Source of the DNA: an uncultured Candidatus Binatia bacterium
Lineage (GTDB): Bacteria > Desulfobacterota > Binatia > UBA9968 > CAXXLF01
Assembly: GCA_965218425.1 (NCBI GenBank)
Contig: OZ244621.1
Location: 1,344,001 to 1,408,000, forward strand
Direction: 5' to 3'
DNA: 64,000 nucleotides
Within the stretch, counting starts at the first letter, position 1. Every line of letters starts with the position of its first letter. Under the pieces are notes generated by a model. The model saw only the letters and a program-made list of their open reading frames with translations. It did no database searches and was not told the origin of the DNA. Shown piece after piece: positions 53,671-62,921 of the stretch. The position numbers and the translations under genes are program-made.

Positions 53671-53967
53671 ATGAGCGACGAAAAAACGCAGGGCAAAGTC
53701 CGCGCCCGTCTTATGATTCGAGGGCGGGTTCAAGGGGTCTTCTTTCGTGCCTCTACGGTCGAATTGGCCCTCCGCCTAGGACTCGGGGGATGGGTGAGAA
53801 ATTGTCGCGATGGCTCCGTCGAGGTGGTGGCGGAAGGGCAAGATAAGAAGGTCGAAGAATTGATCCAATGGTGCCGCCAGGGGCCGGCTGGAGCCCAGGT
53901 CCGAAACGTCCAGCTCCATTGGGAAGAACACCAGGGGGTCTTTGACAGCTTCTCCATCAAGAGATAG
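53671..53967 (+). CDS. acyP: Acylphosphatase
   Basis: I.GRVQGVFFR, L.GWVRN..DGSVE..AEG, GP..A.V. Confidence 0.93.
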   Translation: MSDEKTQGKVRARLMIRGRVQGVFFRASTVELALRLGLGGWVRNCRDGSVEVVAEGQDKKVEELIQWCRQGPAGAQVRNVQLHWEEHQGVFDSFSIKR

Positions 53968-54010
53968 GAATGCTCCCTGACTCATCTATCCGCAAAGGCA
54001 ACGCTCCGCA

Positions 54011-54249
54011 AGGGTGTATGCCTGGCGCCTGAGCCATCGCCGCGCCGGATTTATCCACGCCAGCGTCGGCTCTGCCTTGGAACCCCCCAAGCACAAGCTA
54101 ATCCGCCACTTTGAGCTCTTGTCGCCGACCCTGTAGTGGATGGCAAGGCAGTGACTCAGGAGGGACACCTCACATCATTGGACGACCCTGAGGTGCGCCG
54201 CATAGCCCAAAATCACGGGGTGGCGGACGACGTCCCACAAGAGGACTAG
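54011..54249 (+). pseudogene. Frameshifted C-terminal gene fragment (possibly aminopeptidase T/NicX-like)
   Basis: Manual translation RVYAWRLSHRRAGFIHASVG...HFELLSPTL, then a frameshift near 54133, then VVDGKAVTQEGHLTSLDDPEVRRIAQNHG...*. Protein-like, but no 5' portion. Confidence 0.4.
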
Positions 54250-54290
54250 ATACCGAATCCAGAAATTGCAATCTAGTCGAATTGAAGATT

Positions 54291-54857
54291 CTACCCTTTG
54301 GCAAGGGCCTGGCGAAAAGCATCCCTGAACTTCACGTTGTATAGACGGCGGAAATCTTCCGGGTACGTTTCGCCGGGCTCAACTTTTAGATCCACGAGGA
54401 TGGGGCCGTCCGACCTCAATATTTGATCGAGATTTCGGTCCCAATCCTCCAGGGAGCTGAATTCATAGGTACGCGGATATCCCGCCTCCCTGGCCAATCC
54501 CGTGAAGCTTAGTCTTCCAACTCCTGGTATGGGCACGCTTCCATTAGTTTCGTAGGTGCCGTTTTCACAAACACAGTGAACAAAATTACGGGGCTGAGCG
54601 TTGGCGATGGTCACCAGGGAGCCAAGGTTCATCAGCAAACTACCGTCCCCGTCCAGAACAATCACCCTTTTGTCGGGTCGACCGAGGGCAATCCCCAGGC
54701 CGTGCGAGGAACCCTGGCCCATGGCCCCGGTAAAGGTATAGTTGAGCTCGCTTGGAGATATACGGATCCACTCCTGCGCAGCCATGTAGACGGCCACGAC
54801 GATTTCACCCTGGCGGTGCCGAGCAAGGACCTTCAAACACTCATCCCGTTTCATCAT
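54291..54857 (-). CDS. ThDP-dependent decarboxylase beta subunit (sulfopyruvate/phosphonopyruvate decarboxylase-like)
   Basis: GAMG....GLG.AL..P...V.VLDGDGSLLMNLG.L.T...NG.YE..G. Confidence 0.82.
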   Translation of the reverse strand: MMKRDECLKVLARHRQGEIVVAVYMAAQEWIRISPSELNYTFTGAMGQGSSHGLGIALGRPDKRVIVLDGDGSLLMNLGSLVTIANAQPRNFVHCVCENGTYETNGSVPIPGVGRLSFTGLAREAGYPRTYEFSSLEDWDRNLDQILRSDGPILVDLKVEPGETYPEDFRRLYNVKFRDAFRQALAKG

Positions 54858-54859
54858 GG

Positions 54860-55375
54860 TTACCGAGGCTCCCTTCCGATCAACATCACCACAGGCTTGG
54901 TTTCAGAGTAGGCCTTTTTTATAGCCGGCCCAATCTTGGTGGCGTCTTCAGTCGTTTCAATGAGGTGATGTTCGATCTCCATAACATCGAGGAGCGGCTC
55001 CACGATCCGTAGCCCATATCGAGCCGACTGGGCGGGCGGGACACCCGGTTCCTTGCCCAGCAATCCTACCATCATACACACGGGGTTTTGCCCCTCCACG
55101 GCCACACCGCGCAGCGCATTCACCGAATCCAACAGTCCCGTGTACTGGATTAGAAGGAGCGCCTTATGACCGGTACTGTAAAGCCCGCTACAAATGGAAA
55201 CTCCCTCGTCTTCCTTGCACACTTGCACGAAACGAAGGGCCCGGTTCTGGGAGAGGCCCTTCAGCAGGTGATGACTGGTGGTACGGTCCGGCAGCGCCAC
55301 AATGAACTCGATCCCCGCAGCCTTTATCTCCCCAATGATGTTCCTTGCCTTGAGTGATTCCGTTGCTTGAGCCAA
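54860..55375 (-). CDS. ThDP-dependent decarboxylase alpha subunit (ComD-like)
   Basis: GI.F...LPD, V.KEDEGV.IC.G, L.Q.TGL..S.N. TTG start behind GAGGAG. Confidence 0.8.
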   Translation of the reverse strand: MAQATESLKARNIIGEIKAAGIEFIVALPDRTTSHHLLKGLSQNRALRFVQVCKEDEGVSICSGLYSTGHKALLLIQYTGLLDSVNALRGVAVEGQNPVCMMVGLLGKEPGVPPAQSARYGLRIVEPLLDVMEIEHHLIETTEDATKIGPAIKKAYSETKPVVMLIGREPR

Positions 55376-55441
55376 GCCAATTCTCCTCAATTTTTCAGAG
55401 GTTCGTCTCTGATGATCCTGGGGTCAATTCCAAGGATCCGA

Positions 55442-55948
55442 CTAGGGTTGCCGTGTGAAAGAGAAAACCTTTTCCCCGTTTAGGCGCACCTCGGTGGTAA
55501 TGGGGATAACCTTCGACAGCGTGTTTTCCACAAAACAGCGGTCACTGGCCTGCCGTGCCAAGGTCTCCGCAGCCGCCTCTGACAGGGAACCGGTGAGATC
55601 CACCTGGTAAATGATATCCTTGAAATCCCGTGCCTCACGATCGTTGTGGGCCCGCGCCAGCAACTTCATGCTGTCAACAGGCATGGGGTTTTCCTTGAGG
55701 ACGTTGGTGTACTGCATCATCAAACAGGTGGCCGCTCCGCTTATGAAGTAGCCAAGGGGGGAAGGCCCCTCCCCTTTTCCCCCACGACTTTGGGGTTCGT
55801 CGGCTACCATCACAAAGGACTTGTCTTCCGATTTGTAGACCGCCTCCTGGGTCTTTTTTCCCTTGTGGGTCACGTCGATACGCACCGTTCCCAACTTTGC
55901 CCCTTCCTGTTTGCGTTTATCCTTCTCAGCGGCCGAGTCTTGCGCCAT
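55442..55948 (-). CDS. OsmC/Ohr family protein
   Basis: DEP...GG...GPSP..Y...G.A.C...CFV.NTL (two conserved Cys). Confidence 0.85.
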   Translation of the reverse strand: MAQDSAAEKDKRKQEGAKLGTVRIDVTHKGKKTQEAVYKSEDKSFVMVADEPQSRGGKGEGPSPLGYFISGAATCLMMQYTNVLKENPMPVDSMKLLARAHNDREARDFKDIIYQVDLTGSLSEAAAETLARQASDRCFVENTLSKVIPITTEVRLNGEKVFSFTRQP

Positions 55949-55989
55949 TTAATATACCTCCCTCCTTTGATTCTTACCCTTACAAATCG

Positions 55990-56266
55990 CAGACAAAACG
56001 ATTCCCTCACTTTTTATCGCGCCAAGGCACCCCGAATCAATATCCGAAATCCCAAACTCGAAATCCCAATCAAACCGAATCACTCAAATCTGAATATCAA
56101 AATCCAGACCTAGGTGGATCGAAATTTAATGTTTTCGATCATTTGGATTTGTTTCGAATTTCAGATTTCGGGTTTCGAATCCATAATTCTACTTATCCTT
56201 GGCGCCCTTTGCGTCTTTGCCCCTCGATTCCCCTCGCAGTCCTGAGGTTCTCGAAGGACGCGAGTC
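55990..56266 (+). repeat. Nested palindromic intergenic element, copy F (with 39-bp REP-like insert at 56220-56258)
   Basis: ACAAAACGATT...ATCGCGCCAAGGCACCCCGAA; ATCCGAAATCCCAAACTCGAAATC / GATTTGTTTCGAATTTCAGATTTCGGGTTTCGAAT; CTTGGCGCCCTTTGCGTCTTTG[insert]CGCGAGTC. Confidence 0.85.
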
Positions 56267-56289
56267 ATCTTTATTCGAGCCGGACCGGC

Positions 56290-57261
56290 TCAAGCGAGCG
56301 AAAGATCGCTTCCAACCTTTTTCTCCCGTGCCCATTGATAGGCCCAGAAGGCGGCAGTCACGTCCCACAAGGGCACACCCGCCAACTCGAAGAGAACCGT
56401 TTCATTGGTTTCTCGACGCGCGGGCACCTTCTTGAGAATGACATCTCCGAGCTCACCGATAATATCATCCGCAGACCAGGTCCCTGAAGCGATCATCGTC
56501 GTATAGGGCTCACGCGCCGGCTTTCCTTCCAGAACTTCCTTCTTCCACGATACGATCACCCGCGACGAGGAAACGAGTTCCACAGGAATCTGGCCGCTCG
56601 CGATGGAGATAACCAACGCTCCCGGAGCGACCCAATGGGGTTCGAGCACAGGACTCCGACAGTTGGTCGCCACGTCGACGATTTGCACCCCTTGCACCGC
56701 AGCCCGTGCGCTTTCTACCGCCACCACGTCGAGATTCATCCAAGAGCTCATTTCCCCTGCAAAGCGATTTCTATGGTCTTGCGTCGGGCTATAAACCCGT
56801 ACGCGCTGGAGTGAGGGCAGCGCCCTGCGAATGGCTAGGAGTTGCCCCCTCGCCTGCCGTCCGCTTCCAAGAAGACCTAACTCTTTGCCGTTGGTTGGCG
56901 CAAGATGTCGGCACGCGACCCCGGCGGGGGCACCGGTACGCCATACGTTGAGCTCACCGCCCGGTACCAGGGCCAGGAAGTGACCGTTTTCCGCATCGAA
57001 GAGAAGGATATAGTTGGCGTCCTTGGCTCCCGAAAAGAGCGGGAATAACCGTACTCCCACGCCAAACTCCGGCGCCGTCGCGGAAAGGACCCGAAGGTTT
57101 CGTTTCCGGTCTTTAAGCGAGAGCCGAAGATCGGGGTGGTTGACTCCTTCCCCCCTCTGTTGGCTTCGAAAAGTCTCCGTGATCATCTCAAGGAGCCCGT
57201 CCATAGAGGACGGCGAGTCAAACAAGGACCGAAGTTCGCTTTCCTTGATAAAGAGGGCCAC
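56290..57261 (-). CDS. Ornithine cyclodeaminase / mu-crystallin family protein
   Basis: LFD...G..LA......L..WRTGA..GVA...LA, LGSGRQA..Q, V.VYS.T, V.VAT, GELG.V, R......LF...G....D. GTG start at 57261. Confidence 0.88.
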   Translation of the reverse strand: MALFIKESELRSLFDSPSSMDGLLEMITETFRSQQRGEGVNHPDLRLSLKDRKRNLRVLSATAPEFGVGVRLFPLFSGAKDANYILLFDAENGHFLALVPGGELNVWRTGAPAGVACRHLAPTNGKELGLLGSGRQARGQLLAIRRALPSLQRVRVYSPTQDHRNRFAGEMSSWMNLDVVAVESARAAVQGVQIVDVATNCRSPVLEPHWVAPGALVISIASGQIPVELVSSSRVIVSWKKEVLEGKPAREPYTTMIASGTWSADDIIGELGDVILKKVPARRETNETVLFELAGVPLWDVTAAFWAYQWAREKKVGSDLSLA

Positions 57262-57513
57262 GAGCCCTTGTCTATTCCGTTGACATTGCAATTGCAAGGC
57301 CACGCTGGCCGGGAGCAGCGAAGCGCTAAACGCAACGCGGACTCAGTACTGAGTAACGAGCGCTGAGGGCTGAGTCTCCGGAAAAGCGTTGAGTGCCAGG
57401 TGGGAAGCCTTGGCGGGAAAGAATCGCCACCGATTTCTTCTCTTGTTTTAACACTATACAGAATAATCGTCTGCGTTAATCCGCGCGGGTCTGCGGTTAA
57501 GTTTATGCTGAAA

Positions 57514-58611
57514 TTAGCCGCGGGGAATCAGGTGGATGGCGGGGGCCTTGATTAACACGGTGAGTATAGCTCCCGGTTGTATGCCCAATTCTTCGCAGGC
57601 GGGATGGGTAACTAGAGCGGTGAGGGGGAATCCCGCTTCCAGGGCGACCCTAACCAAGGCTCCATCCGAGACCACGGATTGGACGCGAACGTCCAATCGA
57701 TTGCGGGCGCTCGCGGAGTAAGAGCCGCCTTTTTGCAGGATCACGTCCGCTGCACGGATGCACGCCTCCACTTCGTCTCCCACCCCAGCAGAGGAAACGG
57801 CAACCAGTTCCTTGTCACCAATGACTACCGTAGCTAGCCCGTCTTGAGACCGCGCGACTCTTCCGGGGACCACTGTTTCCATACCCACAATCCGTGCCAC
57901 CGACATGTCCGCGGGCCGATTAAAAACCTCATGCACCGCTCCCGTCTGTCGGATTTGTCCCTCATCCACGACAATCACGCCATCACCCAATGCAATGACC
58001 TCGTTGCGATCATGAGTAACCAGCAGAACCGGGATGTTAAACTGTTTGAGGATACGTCTTAGCTCGGGGCGAATCTCCTCTCTGAGCGGCGCATCCAGGG
58101 CCGAGAAGGGCTCATCCAACAAAAGGAGACGAGGACGGCGTACCAGTACTCGTGCGAGGGCAACCCGCTGCTGCTGCCCACCGGAAATCTGATGGGGGAA
58201 ACGCTGCTCCGTACCCCTTAACCCGAACAGATCGAGCATCTCAGCGACTTTCTTGCGTTTATCCTCTTTCGAAAGGCCATTCAGCCCATAGGCAATGTTG
58301 CTTTTCACTCTCATGTGCGGGAAAAGCGCGTGATCCTGAAAGAGGTATCCGATATCTCTCTTTTGCGGGGTCAAAAAAATCCGTTTCTTTGCCTCGAACC
58401 AACTCTCGTCGCCAAATCGTATCATTCCTTCATCAGGCCGCTCCAGCCCTGCCAAACATCTCAGGATCGTCGACTTCCCTCCCCCGGACGGGCCGAAGAG
58501 CACGCTTATGAAAGATCCCTCAGCCGGCTGTTGGAAGGAGGCCTGAATTACGGGCCCCCTGGAAAACCTTCTCCTAAAGTCAACAATCAGCTCAGAGGTT
58601 ATACCGACCAC
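57514..58611 (-). CDS. modC: Molybdate ABC transporter ATP-binding protein with TOBE domains
   Basis: FGPSG.GKST.LR..AGL, PQKR.IGY.FQD.ALFPH, SGGQQQRVALAR, LLDEPFSALD, SARN, IKA.A. Confidence 0.92.
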   Translation of the reverse strand: MVGITSELIVDFRRRFSRGPVIQASFQQPAEGSFISVLFGPSGGGKSTILRCLAGLERPDEGMIRFGDESWFEAKKRIFLTPQKRDIGYLFQDHALFPHMRVKSNIAYGLNGLSKEDKRKKVAEMLDLFGLRGTEQRFPHQISGGQQQRVALARVLVRRPRLLLLDEPFSALDAPLREEIRPELRRILKQFNIPVLLVTHDRNEVIALGDGVIVVDEGQIRQTGAVHEVFNRPADMSVARIVGMETVVPGRVARSQDGLATVVIGDKELVAVSSAGVGDEVEACIRAADVILQKGGSYSASARNRLDVRVQSVVSDGALVRVALEAGFPLTALVTHPACEELGIQPGAILTVLIKAPAIHLIPRG

Positions 58612-59261
58612 CTCCTTCCACCCAAGTTGTAGGTCACGCTGAGCGCCGCGAAGGATAGAACCACCAACAGGAGTGCAGTCCAGCCGGCCGATTCGTAGTT
58701 CAGGGCCTGAACATCATCATAGATGGCAATGGACAGGGTCCGGGTCACACCGGGGATATTTCCTCCCACCATGAGAACGACGCCAAACTCACCGACGGTG
58801 TGGGTGAAGGACAGGACCAGGCCAGTTAGGATACCGGACCAGGATAGCGGGAGGACAATGCGAAAGAAGGTTTGCACCTTCGAAACCCCCAGGCACCAGG
58901 AGGCTTCCACAGTTTTCTGCTCCACTGACGCGATGGCAATGGTAAAGGGACGGACTGCGAAGGGGAGATTGAAGAGCACCGAAGCAAGCAAAATTCCCTG
59001 GAAGCTAAAGGGAAGCAGGTGACCGGTCAGGGACCGATAGCCTCCACCCATCCATGTGTCTGGTCCGGCAGCTAACAAGAAGTAAAAGCCGGCAACCGTA
59101 GGAGGTAGCACCATGGGCAAAGCAACCACGGTCTCCACCACGGGTCCCACCCTGCTCCTGGTTGTGGCCAACCAGTAGGCCAAGGGAACACCGATGAGCA
59201 CGAGGATCATGGTGGTTGCGGCAGCCAACTTCAATGTCAGCCCTAGTGCGGTCCAGTCCAC
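58599..59261 (-). CDS. modB: Molybdate ABC transporter permease
   Basis: LTLKLA, LP.VLPPTV.GFY, LPFAV.P, F.HT.GEFGVVLM.GGNIPG.TRT.SIAIYD.V. Confidence 0.93.
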   Translation of the reverse strand: MDWTALGLTLKLAAATTMILVLIGVPLAYWLATTRSRVGPVVETVVALPMVLPPTVAGFYFLLAAGPDTWMGGGYRSLTGHLLPFSFQGILLASVLFNLPFAVRPFTIAIASVEQKTVEASWCLGVSKVQTFFRIVLPLSWSGILTGLVLSFTHTVGEFGVVLMVGGNIPGVTRTLSIAIYDDVQALNYESAGWTALLLVVLSFAALSVTYNLGGRRWSV

Positions 59262-59265
59262 CGGT

Positions 59266-60093
59266 TCATCCCCCTGGCAGAAAAAACCCGTATCTTTTGA
59301 AAGTTTTTCTTCCCCTGGGTCCTAATAGAAAGTCACGGAAATGCTCTGCCGCCTCCCTTTGCAGCGTCCATTGGAGAATCACTCCTACCTGATCAATACC
59401 CGCGTAAGCGGCAGGAGGTATTGGCCATCGGCGACCCCCATCATTGATTGAGGGTGCCATCAGTAGAGACAATGCCAGGATGCCAACATCAGCAACTCCT
59501 GAGTGTACGAACTGGGCCGCCTGGGCGACGTTTTCACCAAAGACCAATCTCTCCCGCGTTTGTTCGTATACACCCACGTTTTTCAGGACCTCTACCGCCG
59601 CCCGTCCATAGGGGGCGTGGCGAGGATTGGCAACGGCGATTTTTTTCACAGAAGGATCCAGCAACGAGCGAAGCCCCATTGACTCCACTTGAATGGGTGA
59701 ATCCATGGGAGCCCACAGGACCAGGCGCCCAACGGCATAGAGAAATTCAGAATCATTAAGCCCCTCTCCCTGATCCACCAATCGACGCGGGTAGACCGCA
59801 TCCGCCGAAAGGAAGATGTCAAAGGGAGCCTGCTGCGCAAGCTGGGCAAAGAAGTTACCGCTGGAACCATAGGTCACCCTCACTTTAATCCCTCTGTTCT
59901 CCTGCTGGAAAACCCGAACCAACTCATCCATGACGAACCTCAGGCTAGAAGCGGCTGCCACAGTGAGTTGCCGCGGCTCCTGCGGGACGGCTTGTGACCG
60001 GACCCCAAATCCGAGCAGCAAAGCCAACCAAACCGCCCCGACAGACCACCCGACACCCGCCACCGTCCTAACGATGGGGTCAGACCTTGACAT
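59266..60093 (-). CDS. modA: Molybdate ABC transporter substrate-binding protein (start uncertain; GTG 60063 possible)
   Basis: LTVAAASSL, YGSSG....Q....APFD.FLSAD, YA.GRLVL, IA.ANP..APYG.AA, GENV.QA..FV..G.AD.G. Confidence 0.92.
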   Translation of the reverse strand: MSRSDPIVRTVAGVGWSVGAVWLALLLGFGVRSQAVPQEPRQLTVAAASSLRFVMDELVRVFQQENRGIKVRVTYGSSGNFFAQLAQQAPFDIFLSADAVYPRRLVDQGEGLNDSEFLYAVGRLVLWAPMDSPIQVESMGLRSLLDPSVKKIAVANPRHAPYGRAAVEVLKNVGVYEQTRERLVFGENVAQAAQFVHSGVADVGILALSLLMAPSINDGGRRWPIPPAAYAGIDQVGVILQWTLQREAAEHFRDFLLGPRGRKTFKRYGFFLPGG

Positions 60094-61066
60094 TCGACAG
60101 ATCTTTCTCCAACTTGCCGACCAAACTTCTCAATGCGGAACTTTTTTTCAATTTCTCCTCAAATCGCTTTGCCGCCTGACTGACCCGAGAGTAATGACCG
60201 CCACCGAAACGGTCATTGATTTCTCGCAGAGTCAGGTCCGTATATCGACGCAGAAAATAGATAAGCAACTGAGTTTTGGATACTCTTGCCAGTCGTCTTT
60301 GACGGATTAAACCAATTAATCGATCGGCATCGTAGGCCTGTAAGCTTTTTCTACGACTAACCTCAGGACCGGGATCGTGGATTCCTAGCTTAATACTTTC
60401 TATGAACCGGTCGGTACCGAGCACGCACTGATGCCACACATCACTAAGTGGGTTGTCCGCGAGTTTCTCCGGCAGTCCATCTTCCACAAAGTCCCTGTAA
60501 CCCTGAATCGCCGTCTTATGGGTTGAAGAGAACCTATTTAGTACCTCTTCCGTCACCAGCCAGTCCTGTTTCTGTTCCAGTCGCAGGTATGACCTGTAGC
60601 TACTCCACCGATACTTACCAGGGAATTTGGCAATCTCATCCGCCACCGGGTTTAGATGAATATATCTTGTGAGCTCTAAGAGATAACTGTCTTTCTCCAC
60701 CAGGAGCGATTTGAATCTTCCTTGAAAGACATGTCCCGTACAACCATGTGTGTGATTAAAAAAGGCGGTATACGTACTATTCAGATACTGCACGGCTTTG
60801 CTTAAATTCGCTAGGGGAGTTTCCAAAAGCAAATGGAAATGGTTCGGCATTAAACAATAGGCGTAAATCTTGACAGCGAATTTTTCTTTTAGCCGGCCTA
60901 GAAGGTCTATGAATCTAAGACGATCACGATCCGTCAGATAGATCGTGCTCCGGTTATTCCCCCGTGAGAAGACATGATACGTGGCGCCGGGGAACTGGAG
61001 TCGAAGCGGCCTTGCCATAGGTCGGTCGTTACCACCGACCTCCGTCACGTGTCAAGGTCTGACCCC
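60076..61066. mobile_element. RAYT-type element bounded by perfect 17-bp inverted repeats
   Basis: GGGGTCAGACCTTGACA (60076-60092) and TGTCAAGGTCTGACCCC (61050-61066) enclose only the transposase gene. No flanking target duplication is visible. Confidence 0.85.
60080..61018 (-). CDS. REP-associated tyrosine transposase (HUH/Y1) with C-terminal DnaA-C-like HTH
   Basis: MARPLR..FPGA.YHV.SRGNNR..I, YAYCLMPNHFHLL (HUH), GHVFQGRFKS, RYIHLNPV (catalytic Tyr), Y.WSSY; tail IY.LRRYT.LTL.EI...FGG.HYS.V. Confidence 0.92.
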   Translation of the reverse strand: MARPLRLQFPGATYHVFSRGNNRSTIYLTDRDRLRFIDLLGRLKEKFAVKIYAYCLMPNHFHLLLETPLANLSKAVQYLNSTYTAFFNHTHGCTGHVFQGRFKSLLVEKDSYLLELTRYIHLNPVADEIAKFPGKYRWSSYRSYLRLEQKQDWLVTEEVLNRFSSTHKTAIQGYRDFVEDGLPEKLADNPLSDVWHQCVLGTDRFIESIKLGIHDPGPEVSRRKSLQAYDADRLIGLIRQRRLARVSKTQLLIYFLRRYTDLTLREINDRFGGGHYSRVSQAAKRFEEKLKKSSALRSLVGKLEKDLSNVKV

Positions 61067-61920
61067 TACGCTTCTTCTTTGGGGGGGAGGGCGAGTTGGT
61101 AGATTTCCCTCTTGGATGTGGAATACTTTTCACCCAAGATCTCGGCGATTTCTTTCACTCTCATTCCCTGTGCCCTGAGCCTTTGGATCTCCGATCTTAT
61201 TTCACCGCCTCTATCCCTGTCTCCCCCTTTCTGAGCGTCGGGGTCTCTCCCCGCTCCCGCAATCACTAGAGTGATCTCACCCCGCCACTCCCTCGGACCC
61301 CTGTGGGAAAGTACTTCACTCACCCGACCACGAAGAATTTCCTCGTGCATTTTGGTTAGCTCTCGTCCCACAACGACCTCGCGGTCCCCCATAACCTCAA
61401 AAATGTCCTGCAATGACTCCTCTACTCGGTGTGGCACCTCATAAAACACCAGGGTCCTCGATTCTTCGCGAAGCCCGGTTAATCGTTTCCGTCGTGCGGC
61501 CTTTTTGACGGTGAGAAACCCTTCAAAGGCAAAGGAGTCGGTAGGAAGTCCGCCAGCGCTCAGGATTGCCGTCAACGCCGAGGGGCCGGGCACAGGTATG
61601 ACCGGGAGAGAGGCATGAACCGCTTCCTGGACCAATCTGAATCCGGGGTCAGACAAGAGCGGTGTCCCGGCATCCGATACCAGTGCAATGCGGCACCCCT
61701 CCTTGAGCCGATGAATCAAATGGCTCGATTGGGCCTTTTCATTGTGCTCGTGGTAACTGGTTAGGGGGTTTTGAATCCCGTAATGGGTAAGTAGCTTCTT
61801 GGTATGCCGGGTATCTTCCGCCGCGATAAGGTCCACCTCTTTAAGAATCCGCAGCGCACGGAGAGTAATGTCCTCAAGATTACCGATGGGAGTCGCGACG
61901 ATGTATAGAGTCCCCTCCAT
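61066..61920 (-). CDS. rsmI: 16S rRNA (cytidine1402-2'-O)-methyltransferase
   Basis: LYIVATPIGNLEDITLRAL, AAEDTRHT, SYHEHN, ALVSDAGTP..SDPG, RELTK.HEE, GEI.LV. Confidence 0.96.
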   Translation of the reverse strand: MEGTLYIVATPIGNLEDITLRALRILKEVDLIAAEDTRHTKKLLTHYGIQNPLTSYHEHNEKAQSSHLIHRLKEGCRIALVSDAGTPLLSDPGFRLVQEAVHASLPVIPVPGPSALTAILSAGGLPTDSFAFEGFLTVKKAARRKRLTGLREESRTLVFYEVPHRVEESLQDIFEVMGDREVVVGRELTKMHEEILRGRVSEVLSHRGPREWRGEITLVIAGAGRDPDAQKGGDRDRGGEIRSEIQRLRAQGMRVKEIAEILGEKYSTSKREIYQLALPPKEEA

Positions 61921-62073
61921 CGGCCCTAACCACCCGGTGTGCAGCTAGCAGCATGCAGCCATTTCTCCCCGCCTGTTGTTCCCCCCGTTACAATCAAAGC
62001 AACAACTAGGGACTGGATTCGATCATCTCTCATTCTTATGACTGCCTACTGTTTTCCGCCCCCTGCCTACTTC

Positions 62074-62895
62074 CTATTTCCCCCAATCCCTGGCGTAGCG
62101 GAAATCCCTATCGATGGTTCGGTAAGAGACCTTGGCGATGACTGGCAAACGCCGCTTGAATTGCGAACTCATGATCCGGCGCGTTATCTCGTCTACAAAA
62201 GGTTCAGAAAAACCCGTCTCAATTAGCTCCTCTCGCGAATAACGCTCGTCCACCATAAGATAGAGAAGCCCGTCCACCTCAGGATAGCTAAATCCAAGTT
62301 CTTCCTCGTCGGTCTGCCCTTCCCATAGGTCTGCCGACGGCCTCTTGCGGATGACGACCTGCGGGACACCCACATATTCGGCCAGCGCCCAGACCTGAGT
62401 CTTATAAAGGTCTCCCAGGGGATTCAGGGCAGATGCCATGTCGCCGTACAGTGTCCCGTAACCCAGTAGCAACTCAGTTTTGTTGCTCGTCCCTATCACC
62501 AAAGCGTTCCATCTTGCAGAGTGATCGTACAGGACGGTCATGCGTTCACGAGCCATCTTGTTGCCCCGTCTTTTTTGATCCGCCTCGGGAGTCCTCTCAA
62601 AATACGCATCGATTTGGGGCGTAATGTCCACTACAACAGAGTTGATACCGCTCTTTTGCACCACTAACTCAGCATGGGCACGGCTCTCTGGACTGGAGCT
62701 CTTGTAGGGCATCAGCACGGCCAGGACATTATTCGGCCCCAGAGCATCCGCCGCCAACACGGCACTCAGGCTGGAATCCACCCCACCGGAGAGCCCCACC
62801 ACCACACGCTCTACCCCAATTTTCCTAACCTCATTGCGAATGAAAGAGACAAGGACGGGTTTGAGAAAACCGACATTGGTGGGAATTTGAACCAT
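62074..62895 (-). CDS. nadE: NAD+ synthetase, synthetase subunit
   Basis: [24 protein letters not shown]...[28 protein letters not shown]. Confidence 0.95.
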   Translation of the reverse strand: MVQIPTNVGFLKPVLVSFIRNEVRKIGVERVVVGLSGGVDSSLSAVLAADALGPNNVLAVLMPYKSSSPESRAHAELVVQKSGINSVVVDITPQIDAYFERTPEADQKRRGNKMARERMTVLYDHSARWNALVIGTSNKTELLLGYGTLYGDMASALNPLGDLYKTQVWALAEYVGVPQVVIRKRPSADLWEGQTDEEELGFSYPEVDGLLYLMVDERYSREELIETGFSEPFVDEITRRIMSSQFKRRLPVIAKVSYRTIDRDFRYARDWGK

Positions 62896-62921
62896 AACAG
62901 CAGCTTTTGACCCATCAACTC

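Noticed and set aside
61643..61652. GGGGTCAGAC match to the RAYT inverted repeat inside rsmI
   Set aside because: Only 10 nt, and it encodes the conserved LSDP motif; coincidence is sufficient.
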